Shown here in pieces: positions 1 through 13,419 of a DNA stretch of 64,000 bases. The notes below the pieces were generated by a model, which ran no database searches, was not told the DNA's origin, and worked only from the letters and a program-made list of their open reading frames with translations. Where the stretch lies: the NCBI RefSeq assembly GCF_036365525.1, contig NC_090406.1, positions 32,479,520 to 32,543,519 of the forward strand. Reading direction: 5' to 3'. The first letter of the stretch is position 1; each line of letters begins with the position of its first letter. The stretch is from Heterodontus francisci (Eukaryota). Made by a program: the position numbers and the translations under genes.

Positions 1-101
1 AGCTGCACAGCCTCCAAGATAAGTAAGTATATCCTTCCTTAGCTAAAGAGACCGGAATTGTGCACGGTACTCCAGGTGTGGTCTTAGCAAAGCTCTATAC
101 A

Positions 102-2397
102 ATGATAAGAGATTTCGTAGTTAAGGATCCTTTAGGGGGAAGCGATCATAACATGGTAGAATTTCAAATTCACTTTGAGGGTGAGCAACTCGGGTCTCAA
201 ACCAGTGTCTTCAACTTAAACAAGGGCAATTACAGAGGTATGAAGAAAGAGTTGTCTAAAGCGGGCTGGGAAGATAGACTACAGGGGAAAGCAGTAGATG
301 AGCAGTGGCAGACTTTTAAGCAGATATTTCATAACACTCAACAAACATTTATTCCAGTCAGAAGGAAGGACTCTTAAGAGAATGATGAACCACCCATGGA
401 TAACAAAGGAAGTTAAGGAGAGTATCAAATCAAAAACAAAGGCATACGATACAGCGAAAATGAGTGATAGGCTAGAGAATTGGGAATTTTTTAGAAACCA
501 GCAGCAGATGCCTAAAAAAACAAATAAAGAGGGAGAAAATTGAGTATGAGAGTAAATTGGCAAGAAATATAAAAAACAGTAAGAACTTCTACGGGTATAT
601 TAAAAGGAAGAGAGTAGCTAAAGTAAGTGTGGGACCCTTAGAGGATGAGACTGGGGAATTAATAACAGGGAACAGAGAAATGGCAGATAATTTAAACCAA
701 TATTTTGCATCGGTCTTCATGGTGGAGGACACTATAAACATCCTAACAATAATAGATGAGCAAGGTGTAAATGGGAGGGAGGAACTTGTAACAATCTCTA
801 TCATGAGGGAAAAGGTGCTGGACAAATTGATGGGACTAAAGGCAGACAAGTCGCCAGGACCTGATTGCCTGCATCCAAGGGTTTTAAAGGAAGTGGCTGC
901 AGAGATAGTGGAGGCATTGGTCATAATATACTAAAACTCACTGGATTCTGGTAGGGTACCAGCGGATTGGAAAACCGCTAATGTGACACCCCTATTCAAA
1001 AAAGGAGGGAGACAGAAAGCAGGAAACTACAGACCAGTTAGCTTAACATCAGTCATTGGGAAAATGCTAGAGTCCATTATTATGGAAGAAATAGCAGGAC
1101 ATTTAGAAAAACATAATGCAATCAAACAGAATCAGCATGGTTTTATGAAAGGGAAATTATGTTTGACAAATTTGTTAGAGTTCTTTGAGGATATAATAAA
1201 CAGAGTGGATAAAGGGGAACCAGTAGATGTAGTGTATTTGGATTTTCAGAAGGCTTTTGATAAGGTGCCACAAAAAAGGTTATTGCACAAAATAAGAGCT
1301 CAGGGTATTGGGGTAATGTGTTGGCATGGATTGAGGACTGGCTACACACAGAAGGCAGAGAGTCGGGGTCAATGGGTGTTTTTCAGGTTGGAAAGCCGTA
1401 ACTAGTGGGGTGCCACATGGATCGGTCCTGGGCCTCAACTATTTACTATCTATATTAATGACTTGGAGGAAGGGGCAGAGTGTAGTGTATCCAAATTTGC
1501 TGATACCAAAATAGCTGGGAAGGCATGTTGTGATGAGGATACAAAGAATCTGCAAAGAGATATAGATAGGTTAAGTGAGTGGACAGAAACTTGGCAGATG
1601 GTGTTCAATGTGGGAAAGTGTGAGGTAATCCACTTTGGTAGGAAGAATAAAAAGGCAGATTATTATTTAGATGGAGAAAGACTACAAAATACTGCAGTAC
1701 AGAGGCATCTGGGTGTTCTTGTGCATGAAATGCAAAAGGTTAGCATGCAGGTACAGCAAGTAATTAGGAAGGCAAATGGAATTTTTGCCTTTATTACTAG
1801 GGGGTCAGAGTTTAAAAATAGGGAAGTTTTGTTACAACTGTACAGGGTGTTGGTGAGGCAACACCTGGAGTACTGCGTACAGTTTTTGTCCCCGTATTTA
1901 AGGAAGGATATACTAGCGTTGAAGGCAGTCCAGAAAAGGTTCAGCAAGCTGATACCTGGGATGAAGGGGATGAACGGCTAAACAGCTGAGGCCTTTATTC
2001 ATTGGAATTTAGAAGAATGAGACGTGATCTTATAGAAACATAAGATTTTAAGGGGGCTTGACAGGGTAGATGGTAAAATGTTTCCACTAGTGGGGGAATC
2101 TCGAACTAGGGGACATAGTTACAGAATAAGGAGGCACACATTTATAACTGCGATGCAAAGGAATTTCTTCTCTGAGGGTGGTGAATCTCTGGAATTCTCT
2201 ACCTCAGAGTTGTGGAGGCTAGGGCACTAAATGCATTTAAGGAGGGGTTAGATAGATTTTTGAAATCTCGGGGAGTTGAGGGTTAGGCGGAGCAGGCCCG
2301 TAAGAGGAGTTGAGGCCTGGGACAGATCAGCCATGATATTGAATGGGGAGGCAGGCTTGAAGGGCTGAATGGCCTACTCCTCCTATTTCTTATGATA
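102..2397 (+). mobile_element. CR1-clade LINE (HER1-like), 5'-truncated, frameshifted ORF2 + 3' UTR
   Basis: ORF pieces PLGGSDHNMVEF, KSPGPDCLHPRVLKE, GNYRPVSLTSV, VYLDFQKAFDKV, SKFADTK, HLEYCVQF. Typical 3' tail GGCCTACTCCTCCTATTTCTTATG. ATGATA at both junctions (102-107, 2392-2397). It interrupts an older minus-strand CR1. Confidence 0.95.
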
Positions 2398-2621
2398 GTA
2401 AGACTTCCTTACTCTTGTACTCCAGCCCCTTTGCAATACAGGTCACATTGCCTTTTGCCTTCTGCCTTCATGATTGCTTGTTGTACCTGCTTGCTAACTT
2501 AGTGTTTCTTGAACGAACCACCCAAACCCCTCTCAACACCACCATTGAAATGTTTCTCACCATTTAAAAAAAAAAATTATTTTCTATTCTTCCTACTAAA
2601 GTGAATAACTTCACATTTCCC

Positions 2622-3212
2622 TACCGAGTGACTCCTGACAACACAGAGCATGCGCAGAGCGATCACTGACATCATTGGCGTGTCCATACATTTGCCAGCT
2701 TGCCAGTATGGGTCTGTGCATGCGCGTATCAATGTCACCACACAATGACGTCAGACGTAATGACGTCCAATTGTTGCTTCACCTCTCACTGGCTGCGATT
2801 GCCGCCTCCATCTGCTCCCTCCCACAATCGGCACCTCAATCGCTGCTTCTCTTCCCCGCTCCCTACCGCCGTTCTCTCCTGCGCCCGCCTGCTCACCGTT
2901 CCATACCGCCACTCCCGACTCTTGGCCGCTCCATCCTGCTGCTCGCTTCCTGCTATGCCGCTAGTGTCGCTGGAGGGAGCGGGGGACAGAAATGGCGATT
3001 GTGAGAGGGAATGATGTACTGTTGGGGGTGTGTGGAGGAGGCAATTGTGGCCATTGATGGGTGAGGGGTTTGGGTTCAGTTTTTTTTTTGTCAAATTGAG
3101 CAGCGCTATTTTTTATTACCGGCAGCTGCCTGAGATGTCGCAGACAGTGATGTTTCAGTCGATGAGACTGTATTTGCGCCATCTAGTGGTTGTGTTGCCA
3201 GCAAATGCAGCC
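2622..3212. mobile_element. Unclassified GC/CpG-rich insertion with 6-bp flanking direct repeat (TTTCCC)
   Basis: TTTCCC at 2616-2621 and 3213-3218. The host CR1 reads through when the segment is removed. Confidence 0.6.
3176..3189 (-). promoter_or_regulatory. CTCF core-motif match CCACTAGATGGCGC
   Basis: Matches the vertebrate CTCF consensus CCASYAGRKGGCRS. Motif only; binding is not shown. Confidence 0.5.
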
Positions 3213-3604
3213 TTTCCCCACACTATGCTCCATCTGCCATTTTATTATCCATTCACTTAACCTGTCTATGTGCCTTTGCAGCCTCTTTGTGTCCTCCTCA
3301 CAGATTACTGACATACCTAGCTTTGTATCGCCACCACTCTCACTTCCTTCATTTGTCATTAATATTGATTGCAAATAGCTAAGGACCCAGCACTGATCCT
3401 TGCAGCATCCCACAAGTTACAGCCTGCCAGCTTGAAAATGTCCCGGTTATCCCTACTCTCTGCTTTCTGTCCATTAACTAATCCTCCATCCATGCTAACA
3501 TATTACCCCACACCCCATGAGCCCTTATCTTGTGTAATAACCTTTTATGTGGTACCTTTTATGTTGTACCTTGTCGAATGCGTTTTGGAAATCTAAATAT
3601 GTGG

Positions 3605-4517
3605 TAGCACATTCCACATGCTAATACTCTTCTTGGGTAACGAAGTTTCTTCTGAATTCCCTACTTAATTTATTTGTGACAATCTTATATTTATAACCTC
3701 TAGTTTTGGGCTCGCCCACAAATGGAAACATTTTCTCTGTCTGCCCTATCAAAGCCTTTCATAATCTTAAAGACCTGTATCACCTCTCAGCTGCCTCTTT
3801 TCCCCATTATTTTGTGATAATTATATCCCCTCAGTTCTGGTATCATTCTTGTGAGTCATTTTTGCACCACCTTCAGTGCCTCAATATCCTTTTTATAATA
3901 CAGAGACCAGAACTGTGCACATTACTCCGTATATGGCTGAACCAAGGTTTAGCACAAGTTTAACATAATATCTCTGCTTTTCGATTCTGTCCCTCTAGAC
4001 ATGAACCCCAGTGCTTGGTTTGCTTTTTTTAATAGCCTTATTAACTTGCATAATTACTTTTGGTGATTTCTATACCTCTAAATCTCTTTGCTTCTCTACC
4101 CCATTTGGACTCTTATTATCCCAGCAGTGTGTGGCCTTCTTATTCTTCCTACCAACATGCACCACTTCGTACTTGCCTACATTGAAATGTATTTGCCAGT
4201 TAAATGCCATTTCTGTAAGTTTATTAATGTCATCTTGTATTTTGTTACTTTCCCAGCATTAACTATGGCAACCCCCGCACCTCTCCATTTTGGTGGTGTC
4301 CACAACTTTAGAATTGTATTTTTGGTTCCTGAGTCCAAATAATTTGGTAATTGTGCACAATGGTGGTCTCAGCACTGATTCCTCTGGAACGCCACTTTTC
4401 ATATTTTTGCCAGTCTGAGTAACTATCCTTAACCTCTACTCTCTGATTTCTGTTTTGTAGTCAGCTTACTATCAGTTCTGCTGCTTGTTCCCTAACTTCA
4501 CATTCTGCGACTTTAGT
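3605..4517 (-). mobile_element. Degenerate CR1 3' fragment
   Basis: Antisense ORF2 C-terminal remnants (GTGCACAGTTCTGG, GGCGTTCCAGAGGAATCAGTGCT on the minus strand). Confidence 0.7.
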
Positions 4518-5060
4518 CATGCCTCAGCTAGACAATTTTGTCCAATTCTGCACGTCATGCTCTAGGGATGATGTCAAGGCCTTGGAGAGGGTGCACAGAA
4601 GATTTACTGGAGTGATACCAGGGATGGGGGACTTCAGTTATGTGAAGAGACTAGAGAAGCTGGGTTTATTCCTCCTTGAGCAGGGAAGATTAAAAGAAGA
4701 TTTAACAGGATATTATGAAGTGTTTTGATAGAATAAATAAAGAGAAACAGTTCCCAGTGGCTGGAGGATTTGCAACCAGAGGATACAGATCTAAGATAAT
4801 TGGAAGAGCACCAGAGGTGGGGTGGAGGCTGGGGGAGGATGTGAATTTTTTAATGCAGTGAGTTTTGATCTGGAGTGCACTGTCTGAAAGCATGGTGGCA
4901 GCAGATTCAATACTAACTTTCAAAAAGGCATTGGACAAATACTTGAAGGGAAAATTTGTAGCACTATTGAGAGAAAGCACGGCATGGGCCTAATTGGATA
5001 GCTCTTTCAAAGGACCGGCAAGGGTACAATGGACTGAATGACCTCTTATGCTTTGTAATT
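4518..5060 (+). mobile_element. Degenerate CR1 3' end
   Basis: DDVKALERVHRRFTGVIPGM..FSYVKRLEKLGLF followed by a CR1 3' UTR. Confidence 0.8.
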
Positions 5061-6423
5061 CTGAGGAAGAGACCTATAAGTACTACCCACATGCAGTGGT
5101 AGATATATTCAGAGCAGTGACTAATCATCTTCTGTGGAGATCTGTTCACACCTGGTATCGTTCCAATGAAACACTTTACAAAGTATTGCCACTCCCTCTT
5201 ATGCCCCAGATTCGTTGTTGCAGTAATGTGGAAGTTGGACCAGTTTCATAGAAGTCAGGAGATTTTGATGCTGACTGATGACAATTTTATAATATAGTAA
5301 TATAATACTAGGGACTTCATAGTTAGAGGTTAAAAAAAAACTATACAAACAACTATAATTCACTTAGAAAAGTGCTGTGTAACAGGAGGGTTATTAAAAA
5401 AAATTTGCAGTTAAGTTGTGTTTAATATTCCATTGGTCCATGTGCTGATTTATTGAATCAAATATTTTGTTGGGCTCAGTGGTACCAAGTTGGCTGAAAC
5501 CAATGTTGGCTTCGAATCTGACTCACAAAGCAAATTTGAATTCCGATAATCCCAGGTCTCTGACTGAATGTATTGCAGAATCCTGCATGCCTGAAAAAAG
5601 TGACCACTCATGGCATTCTCCTACTTACATTCCCATAACTAGCTCATGCCAGCAGACTATAGTTCTTCACCTTTGCATTTGTAGGGACTATTTGAAGAAA
5701 CCTGCAGTTTATAGAAATATGTATCTTCATCCCCATGTGAGCGAGCAATATATAATAGCATTTGTTTTATACTTAAGTATTTTTTCAGTCCCTACATAGT
5801 GGGTAAGCGAATTAGGACAAAACAAAAGTGCTGAGTAACATGAATCATCTACAGGTAATGAGAGCAAGCAAAAGCAATGATGCTCACATTTTCACCTCTG
5901 CCACCACTGAAAACCAGCCTCAGACTAAATAGTTATTACTGCAGACACAAACAAGGATGTCAGAACATGAAGGCATTTAGCAGACGTGGGCTTTCTTTTT
6001 AATATTAAACAGAAAATCATGCTAATGTACTGAGTCTTCCAGTTACTGAATAGATAGCAGCCATTTAGCTAAACAATTAATATCTCATGATGTTGACAAT
6101 AGGAAGTCAATTTGTTTAAATTCAAATTGCACAAATAGAACACAAAAGCATTTAATGAAAATTATCTTTATTACTGTAACTTAATGTAGATGGGCAGGGG
6201 TGAATTTTGGCTTTTAGATAACAATTCACTTTAAAAACGTCAATACGTTAGTGTACTGGATGTCTGATGTTTGATATGGATAGATATTGCTTTAGGATTG
6301 AGAAGAACCATCAGCCATGATCTTATTGAATGGTGGGGCCGAATGACCTACTCCTCCTATTTCTTATGTTTATGTCAGTCAACATCCTGCAATGATTTCC
6401 ACCATTGCTCAGAATTTAGATAA

Positions 6424-6779
6424 GTTTAGTTTAGTTTAGAGATACAGCACTGAAACAGGCCCTTCAGCCCACCGAGACTGTGCCGACCATCAACCACCCA
6501 TTTATACTAATCCTACACTAATCCCATATTCCTACCAAACATCCCCACCTGTCCCTATATTTCCCGACCACCTACCTATACTAGTGGCAATTTATAATGG
6601 CCAATTTACCTACCAACCTGCAAGTCTTTTGGCTTGTGGGAGGAAACCGGAGCACCCGGAGAAAACCCACGCAGACACAGGGAGAACTTGCAAACTCCAC
6701 ACAGGCAGTACCCGGAATTGAACCCGGGTCGCTGGAGCTGTGAGGCAGCAGTGCTAACCACTGCGCCACTGTGCCGCCC
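6424..6779 (-). mobile_element. HE1-type tRNA-derived V-SINE
   Basis: Head GGGCGGCACAGTGGCGCAGTGGTTAGCA (A box), GGTTCAATTCC (B box), V-domain GGTGCTCCGGTTTCCTCCCACA, CR1-like tail and (TAAAC)n. Confidence 0.92.
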
Positions 6780-7364
6780 AGTTTTCAACAAATTAAAGCT
6801 CTGATGTCCTCAAAGATTGTAACAGGATGACCAATCTAAGCAGTAATTGGGAATGGGATGATCCTGTTGCAATATGGAATCAAAAGTAGCTTTCACTTAA
6901 TAAGTTCATCACTGAGAGGCAGGGAAATAACAGCCTTAGGAAAATGTTTCATTTTATAGTGATAATTGGCCTAAGTGTACTCAACCAACTCCAGGATATT
7001 TGAAGAGCTGCTTAGTCTGTGTGCAGTAATTCAGAATTAAATGTAAAATAATCATGTATCTTGTAACATTGAATTAATTATAGAAATATTTAAGAGTATC
7101 TTTTCCACTTCCTGTTTTCTGTTTTTCTCCCTTTTAAATCCATATAGCTGCTCAGTCTCGGGCCTCTTGTCTTTTGCATCTTTCCAAAACTCTTTATCAG
7201 CTTGTTCTTTGCTAATGTCAGACACAGGAATGTACATGATCAATCTCTTATCTACTTGTTTCAATTTGATCTTGTTTCTAACTATTTTAAAAGTGTGCTG
7301 AGGAAAATGGTCTTGTTCGTAGGCCACCAGCAGCAGGATTAGGCAATTTTCCCCTTTGTTTTTG

Positions 7365-7712
7365 GGGCGGCACAGTGTCGCAGTGGTTAGCACCGTAGCC
7401 TCACGGCTCCAGCGACCCGGGTTTAGTTCTGGCTACTGCCTGTGCGGAGTTTGCAAGTTTTCCCTGTGACCGCGTGGGTTTCCGCTGGGTGCTCCGGTTT
7501 CCTCCCACAGCCAAAGACTTGCAGGTTGATAGGTAAATTGGCTGTTGTAAATTGCCCCTAGTGTAGGTAGGTGGTAAGAGAATTGAGGGAAGATGGGGAT
7601 GTGGTAGGGAATATGGGATTAATGTAGGATTAGTATAAATGGGTGGTTGATGGTCGGCGCAGACTCGGTGGGCCGAAGGGCCTGTTTCAGTGCTGTATGA
7701 CTCTATGACTCT
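7365..7712 (+). mobile_element. HE1-type V-SINE
   Basis: Same head, V-domain and GGGCCGAAGGGCCTGTTTCAGTGCTGTA tail, ending (TATGACTC)n. Confidence 0.92.
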
Positions 7713-7936
7713 AACATTATTTGCCATCTATTGGTGTAAAATAAACACTATTGTTGATACCAAATAATTTTACTTGGTAAAATATGCAGAAGCTCCAGCA
7801 GGGTGGCGTCAAGTGAAGATCTTTCAAGAATATCAATTAACCTCTTCTCAGAACTTAGCTCAGAACTTCTTTTCAAATCAATTTTTCCTCTCCGAAGACA
7901 TTGGTTCCTAGCCAGTTAACAGTTAGAAGGATTTCA

Positions 7937-9242
7937 ATTCAAAGTGGAAAATTGCCCAGGTACGTCTGTCCACAAAAAGCAGGGCAAATCCATTCCGGCC
8001 AATTACCGCCCCATCAGTCTACTCTCCAGCATCGTCAAAGTGATGGAAGGTGTCATCAACATGCTATCAAGCGCCACTTGCCAATAATCTCACCAAGGCT
8101 CAGTTTGGGTTTCGACAGGATGTTGAATTTATTTAAACCTTAGTTCAAACATGGACAAAAGAGTGGAATTTCAGAGGTGAGATGAAAGTGACTGCCCTTG
8201 ATACCAAGACGGCATTTGACCGTGTGGCATCAAGGAGCCTGAGTAAAGTTGAAATAAATGGAAATCAGGAGGAAATCTCTCTACTGTTAGAAGTGATACC
8301 TAGCACAAAAGATGGTTGCAGGCCAATCATCTGAGCCCTAGGACGTCGCTGCTGGAGTTCCTCAGGGCAGTCTCTTGGGCCCATTCACCTTCAGCTACTT
8401 CATCAATGACCTTCCCTCCATAAGGTCAGAAGTGGGAATGTATGATGATTGCACAGTGTTCAGTTCCATTCGTAACTAGTCAGATAATGAAGCAATCCGT
8501 GCCCGCATGCAGCAAGACCTGGACAACATTCAGGCTCTACCGTCGCTGAATCTCCCACCATCATTATCCTGGGGGGTCACCTATTGACCAGAAACTTAAC
8601 TGGACCAGCCACACAAATATGGTCGCTACAAGAGCAAGTCAATGACTGAGTATTCAGTGGCGAGTGACTCACCACTGACTCTTCAAAGCCTTTCCGCCAT
8701 CTACAAGGCACAAGTCAGGAGTGTGGTAGAATACTGTGCACATCCATTGATTGAAGCTTCAACAACACCCATGAAGTTTGACACCATCCAGGACAAAACA
8801 TGCTGCCTGACTGGCATCCCAGTTACCACCTTAAACATTCACTCCCTTCACCAATGGCGCCCCATGGTTGCACTGTGTACCATCTATATGGTGTACTGCA
8901 GCAACTCGCCAAGGCTTCTTCAACGGCACCTTCCAAACCTAAGACGTCCACTGCCGAGAAGAACAAGAGCAAGAGGTGCATGTGAACTCCACTATCTGCA
9001 AGTTCCCCTGCAAGTCGCACACTATCCTGACTTGGAACTATGTTGCCGTACTTTCATTGTCATTGGACTAACATCCTGGAACTCCCTCCCTGACGCCTAG
9101 CACTGTGGGTACCTACACCACAAGGACTGCAGCAGTTCAAGAGGGCGGCTCAGCACCACCCTCTCCAGGGCAGTTAGAGATGAACAGTAAATGCTGGCCT
9201 TGCCAGTGAGGTCCACATTCCATAAACAAATAATTAAAAAAA
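7937..9242 (+). mobile_element. Second CR1/L2-group LINE family, degenerate RT + 3' UTR
   Basis: ANYRPISLL, ALD..AFDRV, GVPQGS.LGP, YKAQVRSVVEYC. The same 3' UTR recurs at 33090-33560 and 44155-44350. Confidence 0.85.
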
Positions 9243-9244
9243 GT

Positions 9245-9590
9245 GACCCTGCTGCAGCATGCCCAAGTCGCCGTTATTCACATGTGAGCCTATAGAGAAT
9301 GTGTCCTGCTGTTTAGCCATACAAGGTGTTGTTATTGAACTTGTTTGTTCTTATCTGCCATCTAAGTGCATATGTTTTGATCACGATTCACAGAATAACT
9401 GAGAGCTGGATCCCTTGTTAACTTCCCCAGTTCCCCTTTTTCTTCCCTCATCCCTGCAAAAAGCCACTGAGTCTAAGCACCTGCCACCCTATTGAGATAG
9501 TTAATTTAACACAGTCCCGGGATCAAACCTGGTCTTTTCCTGATGTGTATGGATCAGCTACTAACTGGATAGGTTCACTGAGCCATCAGA
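9245..9590 (-). mobile_element. Old tRNA-headed SINE-like repeat
   Basis: Minus strand TGGCTCAGTG (A box) and GGTTTGATCCC (B box). A related decayed head lies at ~38600-38695. Confidence 0.45.
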
Positions 9591-9982
9591 AGAGAGAGTG
9601 CGCCAGTTGCAAAATATATTTTTATGTGGAAAGCATTTTATGTTCTAAAATACACAATTACAGAACATTGTTTCACGTGTCATTCTGTAAATAATTGTCA
9701 TTTTGATATTGGCGTAAAAACCATGGTCAAAAATTATTAAAACCTACTTGTTCTTCAAGGAAGTGAAAACCCTGCTTCATCGCTGTAGGTTTAAGTCCTT
9801 TCAGATTCTTGTACTTTTGCTGTGGGTTTGGCTTATGTCATAATAGATTAGAGGGTTTGTGGTCCCCTCTGGGGCCTGAGGTCATATCCAACTCAGGCTG
9901 AATGCATGAAAGTCATCTCTGTACCTCTGGCTGTAGCATTTCTGTGAACTGTGGGCTTGTTAAGTATAAACCTGTTTCATTG

Positions 9983-11470
9983 AATCATAGAATTTTTCAG
10001 CACAGAAGGAAGTCACCTGACCACTGTGCCTGTATCAGCTTTTAATAAGATTGATCCGCTTAGTCCCATTCCCATAGCTTACAAATTCACATTCCTTACA
10101 AAACATATTATGGATTCTCCTTCTGATTCACTAGATAGTGGAAATCTTTTTTTTCCTGTTTACCTTGCCAAAACTTCCATAATTTGGAACAACTCGTTAC
10201 GTTTCCTTTTAACCTCACTTCTAATGAAGAGAGCCTCACGTTCTCTAGTCTCTCTTCATAACTAAAGCCTCTCAAACCTTCTATCATAGTGGATCTCTTC
10301 ATGGCCTTGACATCCTTTCTAAAGTAGGTTGCACAAAACTGGACAAAATATTCAAACTGTGACATTAGCAATATTTTTATAGGCTTTGCGTTACCCTTTT
10401 AAACAACTTCCTGTTTGTGCTTCCATAATATACCTTTCATACCATGTGCCTTAATTTTATCAAACAGCTTCCTTGATGACCTTGGTATTCCATATACATA
10501 ACATCCACTGGACTCTTTCTATTGATACATTCTGTTATTTCCTCAAAGAACCCTTAGATTTGTAGGACACAACTTCCCTTTTCCAAGTTCATACTGGCTG
10601 CCTTAATGAAGCTAATTCATTCGAGGTGAACATTAGTTTTATTCTATAGTTTCTTCTTGACGCTAACCCATTACGAGTCTTGGGCTGACTGGTCTATAAT
10701 TACCTGGTTTATTCCTTTCTCCCTTACCGAACAGATGTGTTACATTGACAACCTTCCAATCAGTTGGCATTACTTCCGTATCCAAGGGTGTTTGATAAAT
10801 TGTGGTCAAAGTCTCTTCTTTCCTTTCTGACTTCCCTCATTATTTTAGGATGCATGACATTATGGTACAATGTCTGTTTCCACAGTGTTCTAATATTTCT
10901 TTGATATTACTTTATAGTTGTCTTAATTGCTCCATCTATCTTTTTGTTCTCATTAGCGCACTCTTCTGTGAGGCAAAGTACTCATTTAGTATATCTGTCA
11001 TTCCTTAGTTATCCATAAGACTCTTTCATTTCCTAGCCCCACCCTTTTTTAACATGTTTTGATTCTTATGCTTATAAAATGCTTTACTATTTCCTTTGTT
11101 ACCTGCCAGTCTTTTTGCATGCCCTCTTAGTCTTTTTTGTCTTTATTTGCTGACCCTCTATTTTCTATACTGTTTTTCTATTATTTACAGCCTTAGATTT
11201 GCGATATTTTTTAAGCCGCCTCTTAATTTAAATTTCTTCTTTCATGCAAGGAAATCAACCTTTTGCTACATACAACTTAGTTCGTATAGGAATATATATT
11301 CCAGTATATATTCTAAACCACTGTTTTTTCTCATAGTTATCCCTTGTTTCTCTACTGTGTTATGAGACCAATTTTCTCTCCAGTTTATCTGGACTAGTAC
11401 CCTTTACATCTCATTGAAATCCGCATTCAATTCTGGTTTCTATTTCCTTGATATTGCCCTAACCTTGCTT
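9983..11470 (-). mobile_element. Highly decayed CR1
   Basis: SQFEYFVQFCATYFRKDVKAM..GLRGFSYEERLE on the minus strand, with CR1 tail at ~9985. Confidence 0.7.
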
Positions 11471-11479
11471 TATCTACCT

Positions 11480-11790
11480 CGGCTCAGCCTTGGCTGAGTG
11501 ATACGAGTCCCAAAGTCCCCACAGGAAGAAACAAAGGTGCAAGGTCGACTATTTTATTAACCGGGCCCTTGCACTTCCTAGGTGCTTCTGAGTCAATAGA
11601 CTGTGGGTTCAAGCTCCCCTCCAGAGACTTGAGCACATAATCACGGCTGACAATTATGCAGTACTAAGTGAGTGCGAGACTGTTGGAGTTGCTATCTTTG
11701 GGATGAGATGTTAAGCCAGGTCATGTCTGCTGTCTTAGAAAGAAATAAAAGATGTCATGACGCTTTTCAAAGCCAGTAAGGAAGTTTGTG
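11480..11790 (+). mobile_element. Deu-domain SINE (SacSINE1-like), decayed
   Basis: GGGTTCAAGC B box, GACTTGAGCACATAATC, GGATGAGATGTTAAGCCAGG...AAAAGATGTCATGAC Deu-domain remnant. Confidence 0.65.
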
Positions 11791-13419
11791 TAGTTTAGTA
11801 ACTCGCTGCCATCCATTTACAATTTCTGTATCCTCCTTTTAAAATCAGGCATTGATTAATTAAGATAAATTGACTGTATTGTAGATATCAAATGTTGTGT
11901 GTTTGTATGTATCGTGCACACATGTATATGCATAAAAACAAATATCTAAATAGTGTAAGCTGGACAAAACAATAAGCATATAATCTGAATGTTTGTTAGA
12001 ACATGCAAAACATGAGATAGTTGTTTATAAATCTCTTGCCCAAAAAATGCTACTGCAGTTTCTAAAGTAGGAAAGAAATGAGCCCAGATATTTTTATATT
12101 ATTGAAAAGCTGAAGATCAGTATTTTCCAAAGTCTATGAAAGATGATCAAATTCAAAATGTGGATAAACTGATGCCAGAAAGGGAATTTTGTAGTGTTCA
12201 GGCAGGACACCTACAGCACTGCTGAAATTGAGAAGAAAAATTTAAATATTAATTTTCTTTTGTTCTAAAGTTTTACGTAAAAGTTAAGTATGATTATTTA
12301 CAGCCTGAGGACATCACCGTGCAGGAGTTCCTGACACAAACCAAACCATCATTAAATGTGATTTTTGTTTTTAAATACAAGGGATTCCTGAGTTGTGTTA
12401 AATATGTAACTGGTTGAAGTATGGAATTCCAGTGAACAAATCGTTCCCATTTTGTTACTTTCTGATTAGAAGAATTGGCAGATAACAAACAATCACCATG
12501 CATTAAGCAGGAAGTGCTCAATGGTGACAGTATTTTGGTGTTCAGTTTTAAGTGCATTGAATGTAGTCTGCCAAGCATGTCAGTCATTCACACACTAACA
12601 AATTATTGTGAAAGATTGTAATTCATGTAATAAAATGTTGGATTCAGTTATGAGGATGAGTGATTGCGGAAAGGGCCCAGGGTACAAATATTACAAATTG
12701 GCCCTTTAATATAAGCAATTTACAGAAATGCTGATCCATGCACATCATTCCTTGCCAAGTCAGTTTTGCATTTATTAATGCTTCCACTGTACTGAATGAC
12801 CTTATCTGGTACAAAATAGGCTCACATTTTTCTCTCGGCCTCCACTAGCAATGTTGAGTGGTTTAAATGCAGTGACAGAAATGTACAGAAGCATACAACA
12901 GTTTGGAATTCAGATCATTTAGTGACTAAAGTTTAATGTGTCATAAAAATCTTTTATACCTGTTCAACTTTCATGCATGTTTTTCTAATTCAATTTGTGG
13001 ATTTAATGCTCATTGAAGTGAGGACTAATGATACAGGGGAATGGAACACACTCCCTTTTGGGAAAGCATCCAGGGTCAACATAAAGCTCTCCCCGCCCCC
13101 TCCCCTGCCCCCAAATCAGATATTGCAAGGTTAGATGCAGCGTAAAGCTTCCTCCACATTGTTTCAACAAAATACCCCAGCCTTATCTCATTCGAGCACC
13201 CACTGTTGCATCAGTGTGAGTGTTTTCCATTTCTCATACCAAGCATTGGCATACAGTTTTCTGTAGGAGTGAATCTAATGGTGTCTGCCATTAATTAGAC
13301 TTGCCCTTGTACGTTTAGGTTTTTAATTTTTTTGAGGGGTAGGTTTCTGGAAGTGCGAACTGTGCAACAAGGGAATCCGGGCCTCTGGGACCTGAGTGAA
13401 CAAGGCAAACAGTTGTATA

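Larger units (their letters stand above)
1..3600 (-). mobile_element. Older CR1 fragment split into 1-101, 2398-2621 and 3213-3600 by two later insertions
   Basis: Minus-strand ORF2 pieces (DTKLG...LQRHIDRLSEW..WQME) are collinear across both insertions. Confidence 0.8.

Noticed and set aside
12304-12420. CAG|PEDITVQEFLTQTKPSL exon-like stretch
   Set aside because: Weak pyrimidine tract, no clear donor and no match to WDR18.
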